DNA of 58,406 bases, the filler included, from Dirinaria sp. TL-2023a (lineage: Eukaryota): NCBI GenBank assembly GCA_051941275.1. It is 2 parts of 2 records of this genome, joined end to end, with 100 filler letters (N's around TTAATTAATTAA, not from the genome) between each part and the next. Parts side by side here need not be neighbours in the genome. Positions count along the whole stretch, not along the records: positions 1 to 29,172 come from JAVEBF010000117.1; 1 more part is not named here. One strand, given 5' to 3'. Of the stretch, positions 11,852 through 23,399 are shown piece by piece; position 1 is the first letter of the stretch; each line of letters starts with the position of its first letter. Below the pieces are notes generated by a model, which was not told where the DNA came from, did not search any database, and saw nothing but the letters and a program-made list of their open reading frames with translations. Both the position numbers and the translations under genes were made by a program.

Positions 11852-14471
11852 ACGTGTAGATTCGGAGAATTGGAGGTAATTTGCATCCACTTCGAAGTGG
11901 CCAAATGCGACGGTCATGATGGTGCTAGGTGGTTTAAGAAGAGCCGTCGCGATGTTCCGATACCATCCAATCTGACCATAACGCTGTTTGAAGGGTTCAG
12001 GCTCACCACGGCACACATGGTGAGATTGGAAAATTATCAAAGGAAAAAAGAAAATGAAAATGTCAAGGAAGGGAAAAAGAGAGAGGGGCATCGGTACTTA
12101 GTACGAAGGCAGAAACGTTCCGTTGACTGAATTCAGACCATCAGTTTGTTATTGGCCTCGTCAGCGTCGGACGGACTAAATAAAGTTTGCAGTAAGTTAT
12201 AGTACGACACGGAACGTAAAACCCTTGCAGTGATGCCGTATGTAAAGCGTTTTTATCATTTGAATTTTGGTGTTGCAGGACCAGTTATAATGGATGTGGT
12301 ATCGGATAGATCTCTTGATGAGTGCTAGGTTGGCTTTGAAGGATAGAAGGATGAGTCTTTCCATGGTTGATGGCGTTGGAAGATCTAAATGATCATATCC
12401 ATATGCTCCGTGTGAGATTTTGGGCATACGAAGGGACAAGCTCTCTTGAGGTTCAACTCCATCAAGCATCAGTCCTAATCTTACTTCTAACATCACCGGA
12501 GAGCAGTCTGGTATGAATCCACTTTTGATTACCGTAGCCATGTCTGATTCCTTTCCAATCACACACTGAAGAGAACTCTTTGGCTGGTCAAGTTTCCATA
12601 CGGATAGATCCCTCATGTAAACAATCGAGGACCGTTCTGTGCTGCCAGAGCGTGAGGTCCTCATAGCTCCTCTGCCACGGAGGTGCGATTCGTCGTGCCC
12701 TCGACGGCGTTCGAGATGCTAACGAAAGCCGATCCTGTCAGCTACTTAAGGAGCATCTAATTGGGCTTCTGGTTCTTGAGAGCGACAGTGATCAACTCTC
12801 GCATTGGAGAACGTTGCCGAACATTGAAATACAATGATAGTTATCGAAAGGGCCATGACATGAGAGCCTTTGACAAATCTCAACATCCGATGGAAACGAA
12901 TATTGTAAGGGGTCACACGAGAAGCCCTGGGCATTTGAATTCCCCCGCCCCGACATTTCACGTTGAGCGCTGATGAACTGGCTGTATCAGAGTGTGAGAA
13001 GTCGGCGACATTGAGGAACACGTTCATCGAAAGCATAGGCCGGGGTGATCTGTTGCAATCTCATTACGTGCGAGTGTGCAAGTGTGCCTCGAACGGGGAT
13101 CAGCACTCCGATGCACATTCGGCAATCCACACCACTTTCCTGCAAGAAGGGGTGGGAACCCAGCTCAGGCTGAACTAAAGGAGCTAAGCCTTCTGATTTT
13201 TCAGGCGCTTAGGTGGGGATGTGGCTCATTGCATACTGTTCTATCGGAAATTTTTCGACCCCCAAAATTGTTAAGGTAACACAGCTTTGCCGCATCCTTT
13301 ACGCTTTTTATTTAATCTCAGATGGGGTGCTCTGACGCGAGCTGGATTCCGCATCATCAGCGATCTGCTGGAGCAGCTGCAGGTCGGGGTTGCTCCTCGT
13401 CGGTGACTGAGGTATGACGTTTCTCCAGTGCGGCTCTCTGACATATTCCATAAGCACTTTCTAGAAGCTCGAAAGGCCGAAGGCCGACAGAACTGTAATT
13501 CCGGTTTTAGCAGTCTTGCACTGTAGCTGCCTGTCAATGCCGATATGCAAACCCCGCCCATGCTTTCCGGCCAATAGCCAGGCTACATGGGGGCTTCTTC
13601 AATGCCAAACGTGTGTCAAGATTTGTATTGATATCGAAAGTCTCGGAATTTGCGACAGATGCTTATATAAACACGGACATTTGCGCTACGCAGCACATTA
13701 CCTTATCTAGTCACTTGCCATTTCGAGAGAGGAAATCATCGAAGACCTTGGAAGGATCACTGCTAATATCAGCAAATAGTATGGCAGTCGAGATCGTTGT
13801 CGACCATTGACGGCCAAATTATACGTCGTTATATGAAGTGAATATTGTTCGGCAACACCAGAAATTCGTGAATCCCAGACGCAACATGTCCTTGTGGAAT
13901 GTAAGACAGCCTTGCGTAGCATGAATTCTTTTCGATTCCAAGTGTAATCCTTTTTGGAGCGTGGCTGCTGTGGAGAGGCGGTGTAGTGGCTCAACACGCA
14001 AGAACCCTTGTGAAATTTCTGACATTTGACTTATCGCACGCGGTTATAGAGTTCGCAATGGCTGCGGCATGACTTCACTTTGGCACGATTGATTAGCTGT
14101 CATAATTCCCGAGCATCAGGTAAGACCGCACGGGCCGGGGGACCGCAATTTGGGGGCATGTAGCGGTCGCTGAAACACTGCCAGCCCCAAATGGGTGCTT
14201 GGGTTGTCCTGAGCGAAGGGTTTCACATCCTGATTCGCAGCAGCATGCTTTCGCCCTACAACGCCAGTCCTTTACGGACCTCGCGGCACTGTGATAGGAA
14301 GTAGGAACGAAGCGGCTAGGGGGGCGCCAGGTAAGCCAATCTGCCCCAGAATCCTTATTCAAATGCACGACCCTAAAAGCTTGTGAAAGTTTTGTGGAAC
14401 CTACCCAGAAATGTTGGATTTGATGGAGGTTATGAGAAGATCCGGTAACCAGCGCGACCTGAGGCATTCGT

Positions 14472-14999
14472 TCACTCCCCCACCGCAACCCATGCACTGA
14501 GCGGATCGGCCCAGAGCTCTTGAGTTCCAATTTTACCTTCCTCATCAAAGTCGCTTAACACGTACACGAATTCTTCTTGCCACGCTCGGCCAGTCTTGAT
14601 GCTCTTGAATTCCGCACGCAACTTTATCGTTACTACCCCCTTGTTTCCATTCACACTCTTGGCCTCAGCATCGACCACGAACTGGTCGCTCGGTGGCAGT
14701 GTTTTCTCGGTTGGATGAAACGACAAGATTGAAGTCAACAAGTCGTAATAGTCGTCACAGGTGGATCCGCTGCCAGCTGTCGCGCCACCGCCGGATTTCT
14801 GTCGACGGCGGCCGTGGAAGGTCCTAGCCAGGAATGGGAGACGCTTTGAAGCCCATGAAGGGCCATGTTCAGTGATGCTAGGATTAGAGGTGAAGTAGTG
14901 GTCTAAAGTTTGCGTAGGTGATGCGCCGGAAACGAATGCCTTGCAAAATGATTCTGCCGTGTTACGAATAAGATCCGTGCGAGATGTAGACGTAGCCAT
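14472..14999 (-). CDS. SnoaL/NTF2-like fold hypothetical protein
   Basis: Intronless. FCKAF..LDHYFT..ITEHGP..LPFL..F.GR; YYDLL; C-terminal beta-strands TGRAWQEEFVYVLSDFDEEGKI..ELWADPLSAW. Confidence 0.75.
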   Translation of the reverse strand: MATSTSRTDLIRNTAESFCKAFVSGASPTQTLDHYFTSNPSITEHGPSWASKRLPFLARTFHGRRRQKSGGGATAGSGSTCDDYYDLLTSILSFHPTEKTLPPSDQFVVDAEAKSVNGNKGVVTIKLRAEFKSIKTGRAWQEEFVYVLSDFDEEGKIGTQELWADPLSAWVAVGE

Positions 15000-17419
15000 T
15001 GCTATTCTTGTCGCATGCCACAGCAAGTGATCTGAGCAATTTCAAAAGACAGCTTTGCATCGTTGATTACGTCCTCGGGGTCACCTCTTCCAGGTACCTT
15101 TACTCGGTAGAAGAGGGTGAAGTAATTTAAAGTAATAATAGATTGTCTCAGGCATATTCGTGTCACTGATACGGAGTACGGGCTTAATTCTGACGTCACT
15201 CGTTGTCCACTGAAGCTGAGGGCTAAAGTAAAACTTGCCTTACCTTAGACTCATGGCGCCCTCGCGTCCAAATGACTGAGAACTGGAACTTAGACAGGCA
15301 AATGGTCCGTGTAAATGACGTTTGTCATAAGATGATGAACGATCTGCGCTGGACCACCAAGTCGGCTCCGAATCATTACCTCCCGGTTTACCAAACGCCA
15401 CGTTTTATCAGACGTTCCCCGGGGTCGCGGTCTCTTCCAAGGCAACATGGAGCACCTTATGCAAGCAGCAACCCGTGAATTTTTGAGCTTAATTCAATCA
15501 CCACTACAGGTAAAATGTGACGTATAATTCTGCACCAGCCTCATTTAAATCATCGTTATTATGGTGGCTATGTCTCGAAAATTTGAGCGGCAGCAATGAT
15601 CCACCAGCCATCGAGGGACGACAAAGGTCATTGCTCGTACGCAGCTCTAGACTTGCTGTCAAGTTCTCTCAAATAGAGCGGGTATCCGATTGCTTGACTG
15701 TTAGCATGTGTGACTCGAGCACTGCCCCTCTGAGTAGTCCGCTATGGACAGTAAATCGATGTATCGAGGCCACAAAATCAAGCAGATCGAAGATTTCTCG
15801 AGGGTCCCGGTGTGGGTTCTTGCAACGTTGCCAAGAGGCATCCAATGAAGTCCAGGAACGACAAATTAACAGACGAGCGACGCGTGGATTGAACAGCACT
15901 TGGGAAAGAGTTGCGCATTGACGCATCGACGGCGTAGGTATTTCTAATCGCAGCTGGACTCGTCACAGCTGGCCATCATTGGTACAAGGGAACACAATGT
16001 GAATTTCTTCTGTGGGAACGATCCTTTTCAGCGTGTAGATTCGATCCCATATCTTGATCATTTCCAGCCCGCCCTACCTGAGTGAGAAAGGCAAAGTATC
16101 TCGCGCGATGAACAGTATTGTGGATGGAGATCCTGAAAGTCTCAAAGACGCGTGGATTCAAGAGCCTCCTGAGATGTCGCCAGGTTCCACAAGGGTTTCG
16201 AGCAAGCCTGAGAGAGTAAGCCTCGGCGCTATCCAGTCTTGTGGGCCCATTAAAAGGTCTGTCTGCGCTTTTTTGCCAAGTTGCTTCTGTTGCAGTTCAG
16301 CATTGAAATTTGGGGGCGGAAAATTCAGTTTCCTCTTTAAGCCACGAATCGTTTGATTCTCGTAAGGCCGATGTTCACAAAGGAACCGTGGAGTATGAGT
16401 GCAATTGTCAGCTTGGGGAAAGAGGCATTTTAGGCGGTCAGTCTATGCAAAAGCCTTGAGGGACCAACAGGTAAGTCTGATCAACAGAGTTGATGAGTAT
16501 TGTTTGACTTAGGTTCCAGGCTAGAGTTCGATCAGCCGCTCTTGCATCTCACAGTTACCAGCAAACGGTCGTGAGATGGTTCCGATCTAGGATGAGGGGT
16601 TTGCATGAACGACAGCCCGTCAGCTTGCGTGTCGTCCCAACCAATTTTTGTTCCGACCCTATGAAATGTGATTAGCCATACCATTAGGCTCCTACGTATC
16701 TTCTGCGACTAAACATCATCTGCTGGCTGTATGCACAAAGAATTTTCCGACCACTGCTTGCAGAGTGCATGTATCAGAATAAGCTCGATAGGATGATTCA
16801 TAGCCACAATCCGGGGTCTCTTCACATCTTAGCTGCAAGGTACTCGTACGTCGTGATAACGTTTGTGTGATGCTCGTGTCATGCAAATGTAGCAGAGTCA
16901 ATCTGAAGCCTAGGGTGAGCGTGCAATCATCTGAATCGATTTTTTTGGATTTGGTTGTTTTAGGTATGCTTGCCGATACTATCCTACATTTTCGGACTCC
17001 TAAACCACATGCATTCCATCTGCACGACCCCATGAACTACTCACGCACCCGAAACCCAGAATGGCTGAATATATCCGTATAACGTGAGGCGATTATGTCC
17101 GGGTCAGCGTACCCTTAACTCCTAAGCGAAATACTAAGCTTCAGTTGTGTGACCGACTGCCAGTTCCCACAGAGATAAATTGTGGACCCTGCGTGTCCAC
17201 TGATACATGAGAAAATTCAAGGAGCCTCTTTGGGGCAGTACACTGGAAGAATTTGACGATATTTCGGGCATGTGCCGTTGATAAGCCCCGGGAGATGAAG
17301 GACTGAAACCAGCCGAGAGCATGGTTCAACCCTTTGCCACATTATCGCACCGATACCAGACCAAGCCATAAATTCGTAAACCATTGACTGAAAACCGAGA
17401 GCCTACCTGAATTTCCTAA

Positions 17420-17427
17420 TATATAAA
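17420..17427 (+). promoter_or_regulatory. TATA box (TATATAAA) ~180 nt upstream of the orphan gene at 17600
   Basis: TATATAAA followed by a C/T-rich 5'UTR-like tract. Confidence 0.45.
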
Positions 17428-17599
17428 GCCTTTCTCTGGCCTAGAGCAGAAGCCGTTCAGACAACATAGACGCTTACAGCTCGACAACTTTGCATCTCCC
17501 TACTTCTCATAAATAAGTCTTGCTCGACACCCCATCAGACACGAAGCCCGCTACTAACTAGAGCGCGTTTATCTTTCTTGAATTGCACTTTGGTTAAGC

Positions 17600-17969
17600 A
17601 TGTCGTACGTTCAGACCTCTCTCGGTTCCATTTTCTCCATTCTTTTTCAATCACAGACACAAAGTGAAATTTGGGACTGATCTGACTTTGAAAACGCCCT
17701 CTAGTCGGGAACTATCATCTGGTAAAAAGACTTCGGAGTCCAAGCAAGGAAACAGTCGTCGATACCCAGCTGCCATGGAGAGATACCTTAACGAATCGGA
17801 CAATTTCAAGGAGTTCCTGATCAGGGAGCCCAAGGGAACGAGCAGCAGCGCGCGGACGAAGACTTACACATCGCAGCATCGGGAATCTGCTGTGTACTCA
17901 AGCCGGAACTCTAACTCAGGTGAGCCTCTCACATATCAGCACAATCGTAGCTCTCGTTCAAGGCAGTAA
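17600..17969 (+). CDS. Small basic Ser/Arg-rich orphan protein (~105 aa, 2 exons)
   Basis: ATG TC | GTACGT..TCACAG (17605-17656) | A CAC AAA GTG joins in frame to ORF 17664-17969; TATA box upstream. Confidence 0.5.
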
Positions 17970-19266
17970 CAAGTTCGCAGGAAAGTCAAATACACGACCA
18001 ACCAACCACTAAGAAGACAGCACTTTTCTCCTCACGTTTGAAATCATGGAAACGCATGCATTCGCCCTAGAATTTGGATTTTTTATCCTGAGTTTTGTTC
18101 GGGGAACGTCTCAACTTCACATGGGTTCACAATAGACTGATAACTTTTGGCGTATTGTTTGCTGGAGTAAAGGAGACAGTTTGACTTGCCTTTAGCATTA
18201 GGACAGAGGAGCTAATAGAGCACAATTTTCAGACCCAATTTATCCGCGGTCCGCAAACAGTTCACCAAAGCATGGAAGATAAACGCGTTGATCAACATAG
18301 CTTCAGAAGCTACTCTGGCATCTCAAGAGTCGTAGTCCAGTGGCCCTTAGGTAGTTTTCAAGGGCGGTCAAGTAGAGCTTCTTGCTGGACATAGCCTACG
18401 CCACGAATCCTCAACTTGATGTTAACTAGGCCATCGTTGTTTCGAGCGTCGAGTCTCATATTGTTCACTTTATTTTTGCGGCACTCATTTTACCAGCTCT
18501 CGTAGTGATCCAAGGGTTACGGACTTGCCACGACCGCCTGAAATACTGCCACAGCTCGAGGAAGCGATGAAGCTGGTCTTCGAAGAGTCTCTTACACTCA
18601 ATTTTCTGCACAAGAGTTCGAAAGCGTGACGCGTACTGCACGCATAGCTTCCATAGCAGTTCTGAGCGATTGGAATTCGCTCTCACATGAGCCTTGAGCC
18701 TTTCCCTTTATTAGCGTCTCGGAAGTAATTTTAACCAAACCATGGCAATGCCTTTCCTGAGAGGCTGAGCTCTGTGACTCAGTCCACTGGCTTGGCATGA
18801 TATGCCTGGGCTGGGTAATCATAAAAGGATGAAAATAGGTTGAGACAAATGAGACGTGCCGATCCAGAGGGTCCTGCGTCTGCGGCAAAGTGTAGTGCGC
18901 ATCCTGCGCGGGTCAAGTGATCTGTGGAGGTCAGTATAAATGCGGCCAGGTTTCAGTGCCGGCGGCAAGCTGGATGGAAGGCTTTACCAGCTTCGGCCCC
19001 CAACAACCGTCCGTAATTCGAAGGCTGCAAAGAGCCCGGGGGAATGGGCGCCTCGACAGTCACTGCCGGCACTGACGCCAGAGTCTCCTGGATTGGCAAG
19101 TTTGAATACCATTCAGTAAGTCTCACAGCATGCATCGGACGTTGCTCAATGCCGGTACTGAGGCGGGCCCACTGAAGCTTCAGACCACGGACCCTACCTA
19201 GCTACCACATCCGACATACCTGCATGAGAAATGAGTATATGGATGAGGGCTGAATTTGCTGCTGAA

Positions 19267-20883
19267 ATGGCTAAGAGGTGACGTTAGACCGAGGACGCCT
19301 GCTGGTGCCTATGGAAATTAAACCCGTGTTCAGAAGGGAGCTGAAAGAGTGGCTCGAGTGGATAGAGGGAACTCGGGCCGCCACGGAGCAGAATGTCGCT
19401 AACCGAGCCACTACGCTACTCCAACATTACTACAGTTTGCCAGACACTGCTTGCAAATGCGAATACCCTCGATCCCATGGCAGCAGAGTACCTGCAGACT
19501 CATGGTGTCGATCTCCAATATGAGATTGATAGGGCCGAGCTTGGCACGCTGAAGCGTGCGGGAACTATCGAGACGCTCCTCAAGGAAATCAGACTTCCTA
19601 ATCACCAAGCCGACGTCCTCTGGGATGTGACTCTGAGAGATGGGAAGATTAAATCTCTGAGTCGCTGTGAGCGAATGCAGCAACAGACTCGTGCTGCACT
19701 CAATCCAGGGCCATCGCTTCTACTCCCGTCACTCTGTCATCCACATATACATCTGGACAAATGTTTCCTACTATCTCACCCAAAGTATGACGATCTCGAA
19801 ATCGTGCAAGGGGGTTTTGGAGAAGCTCTGGAGCTCACTTCCGAAGCTAAAAGTCGATTTGACGAAGACGATCTCATTGAAAGGGGCACGTGGCTGATTG
19901 AAGAAAGCATTGCTGCTGGCGTGACCCATATGCGTACTTTTGTCGAGGTTGATACTACAGTTCGTTTCAAATGTTTAGATGCAGGGTTGAAACTCAAGCA
20001 GCAATTCAAAGGTCGCTGTGATGTTCAAATATGTGTTTTTGCCCAGGATCCAATCTTCTCGCCTAGTAAGAACCATCCGGAAGGCAGGAGTTTGATCGAG
20101 GAGGCCCTAAGTCGAGAGGGTATCGATGTCCTAGGCAGTACACCGTATGTGGAAGAAAGTCCGGACCTGATGAAAGCCAACGTTGACTGGGCCGTTTCGA
20201 CTGCCGTCAATCACCGAAAGCACCTGGACCTGCATCTTGATTATAACATTGATCCAGAAACGCCTCCATTGATTGACTACGTCATCGATCAACTTCATCA
20301 AGATTGGATCAGCAAAAACCAAGGCAAGACCATCGTTTTAGGACATTGTACCCGTCTAACGCTCTTCGCACCCGATGAGTGGCACCAATTGAAGGCTCGA
20401 ATGGCTAATCTGCCGATCTACTTCGTCGGTCTACCAACCTCTGACCTCTTCATGATGGGAAAGCCCGATGCAAGCAGTGGTGGGGGCCACAGGGTCCGAG
20501 GGACCTTGCAGATCCCACAAATGATCCAAGAATATGGACTCAAGGGTGCCATTGCAATTAACAACATTGGCAATGCTTTCACACCACAAGGTAATGGTGA
20601 CCCACTTAGCATTGCAAGTATGGGCGTCGGGATATACCAAGCAGGTACCAAAGAAGATGCTCGGGTCTTGTATGAGTGTGTCTCTTCTTGCGCAAAAACT
20701 GCCATTGGCTACCCTCAACCACATTCGCCACTAACGGAAGGTGCGCCAGCCGATTTTGTCCTTGTCCGAAACGGAACCAACGATAAGATTGAAAGACCAA
20801 GGGAACTGCGCACATTTCAAGATGTTATATACCATCCGCCATCGAACAGGCAAACATTCATGGGGGGCTGCAGCTGCTCGTAG
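19267..20883 (+). CDS. Metallo-dependent amidohydrolase of the bacterial cytosine deaminase (CodA)-like family; 5' end uncertain (alternative start 19393)
   Basis: LPSLCHPHIHLDK metal-binding HxH, GVTHMRTFVEVD, QICVFAQ, DLHLD, LGHCT, LPTSDLFM, NAFTPQG..DPL, GAPADFVLV. Confidence 0.85.
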
Positions 20884-21856
20884 AGACACTGAGACTAAGC
20901 CTGATGTCCAGTTGTTAAAAGGGATGCTACCATTCTTTGAACTTTACGTCCGTCTGTGGACCTGTAGCGCGCTCTGACCAGGTTTTCGTACGCCTTATGC
21001 TCTAAATTGCGCTGTAATCAACAGCCTTCATCTGTCTCTTTACAGATGGGGTAATACGACGGTTCATTTAGGAGGGCGTCCTGCTATATTTATTAACCTT
21101 GACTTGCCATAGCAGCACCTACTCATAGGCCAATGCATCTCAGCAGCACACGAATTGGGCTTCCATACATACTTTTTCCTGATCCATGCGGTCACATGGT
21201 GCAGCTAACCATGGCTTCAGCTGGCCATAGAAATGAGGTGGGCCAGTTTGTGCCTGCGTGGCATAGGACCCGATTCGAAGTTCCGATTTCACGCTCAATG
21301 CCCTTTTTCTTGGTTTTTAGAGTTTGAATGAACGCTGAAGGAAGCGTCACAGCGCCGAACGCGCTAGGGGGCTTACTGGATTTTTGACTGATTTCGTGGA
21401 CATCATATTCCATCTCTTTCATGTGACACGTTACCATATTTAAACACTTCCTTGGCCATAACTAAAAGGGTTGGGTTTTAGTTAACGTACTGAGTGGTTA
21501 CAGGCCTGAATCTAAGGTACGCTGGCTGAACAGTATGCGGTCCACAGTATCGCTACTATTGTTTTGGTGTCCAAATTAGGTACTCGGCGGAGGGAGTGAA
21601 CAATCAGTCCTTGTGAGGAGAGCGACGCTACTTGGATATTCCAGCACTTATCCTCTGTTGTAATTCCCCAAGCTGAGGAGCTTCCAGTCCTTAGCCACGC
21701 AAAGAATATTACTGTTGGGTTCGCACCATACCATAGCAAGGTCGTTTTAAACAAGGGCATATTGCCTTCATCACGTCTCTCGCTCGACTCGCCATGCTGA
21801 GATTGGCCGTCGATAATCTTGCTCCTCTTTAACTTGGATTGCCAGAACACTTGTCG

Positions 21857-22954
21857 TTATTCGGGATCTTGATCTTTCCATTTTTCCTTTGCAGCAGCGA
21901 CATCGCAACCACATAGCTCGGCCTTTATGATGATGTTCTTCGCTTTTCGCACTACAGGGACGTCAATCATTTTTCCATCCAATGTCCAAGCTCCCCGGCC
22001 TTGTCGATCAGCTTTCTCATCAGCAATCACAACTCTTATCGCCCACGTGATCTCGTCGTAACCAGGAGCAAAGGCTCCTTGCGCGATATCGACCTGGCCC
22101 GGGTGGATCAATTGCTTGCCATTAAATCCGAGACGCCTTCCTTCCAGGCATTCCCGTTCAAGCGTCTGAAGGCCTTCTTCGCCCTTGTATGAAGTACATA
22201 CAAGGTCGATCGCTGAGGGGAGGTTATATGCGCGGCATGCGGTAATTATTGCCGATCGAGCGTAGAGAAATTCTGTAAGTGACGGTGTCCGAGTTATAGA
22301 AAGATCGAGGGCGAAGTCCTCAGCAGCGAAGATCAGCCCAGATAAGTAAGGAGAAGATTGGCAGATACTAGGAAGATTCAAAAGTCCCTTTGCAGATTCA
22401 ATGAGTGCTAGGACACCAATGGGTTGCTGCTCCCGGGAGTCTGAGTTGGGGGCTGTGGGGTGTCTAGAAGGTAATGTGTGCTTGATCACATCCGTAACAA
22501 AGTGAAGATCTGCTGCCGAATTCACTTTCGGGACCACGATGGTGTCGAGATTCGGAGCTTTGAGCTAACATCCATCAGCTTCTCAAGATCGTAAGCCTTG
22601 CATCTACAAATGACATACAATTTCAGTCAGGTCGTCGAGCGCCTGGCCGCTTTCAACAGCATTGATCCGAACAGCATTCTCCCCAATCCCTTTGGTTCGC
22701 GGCTGATCAAGGAAACCGCGAATCGCTTTCCTCGCTACAGGCTTCTTGTCCGAGGTCACAGAGTCCTCCAGATCATAGGCTACGCAGTCCACGTTGAGAC
22801 CTCGAGACTTATCGAGCATTCGTTGGGATGAACCCGGAACTAATCATGCTGGTGAGCTCACGTGTTTGAAAAGCGGATTCACAGAAACAATGGATATATT
22901 CTGATTACCATAGAGGAGCGCCCGTCGTACTACGGCTCCACCAGCAGCATTCAT
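21857..22954 (-). CDS. HpcH/HpaI aldolase/citrate lyase beta-like protein (CitE/CLYBL-like); 3 exons
   Basis: MNAAGGAVVRRALLY|VPGSSQRMLDK..AYDLEDSV..AVRIN; LIESAKG; IFAAEDF; GFNGKQLIHPGQV; GKMIDVPV. Confidence 0.9.
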
Positions 22955-23399
22955 GCTCGGTACATACTTCGGTCTTTTCTGTTTCTAGAGTACTACTTCT
23001 ACTTGGTGGTTAACGAGCCGAGATCACTTTTGATGCCAAGGCCCGCATGGACGGGCCGGACTACCCGTCCCTCCCTCCCGGCTTTTCCCAAACCTGTACT
23101 AACCAACCCTCTTTGGTATCTCAGGGTTAAATATCTCCATTTCTCTGCTCTGGCAGGATGCGTCGATTTGGTTCCAAACAAAAGAGGTGGTCACGAAGTG
23201 ACGACCTACTAATAAACCATGAAAGCGCCACTGTCAAATCAAATACTCAAGAGCAAAAGAAAAAGAAAAAAAAAAGCCCTATGCAGTTTCTAACCCTGAA
23301 ACATCGATGCGTGAGAGAGGACATTGACAGATGAAAGTGGGTAGTTCTAAATCATGTATCTTACGTAGGATCTACATTTCATCGGAGCACCGTTCCGCG

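Noticed and set aside
12197..14100. Several 60-155 aa ORFs on both strands
   Set aside because: No recognisable motifs or consistent splice structure. A decayed gene cannot be excluded without BLASTx.
15500..17100. Short protein-like minus-strand frames
   Set aside because: Fragmentary, with no start or splice logic and no family motif.
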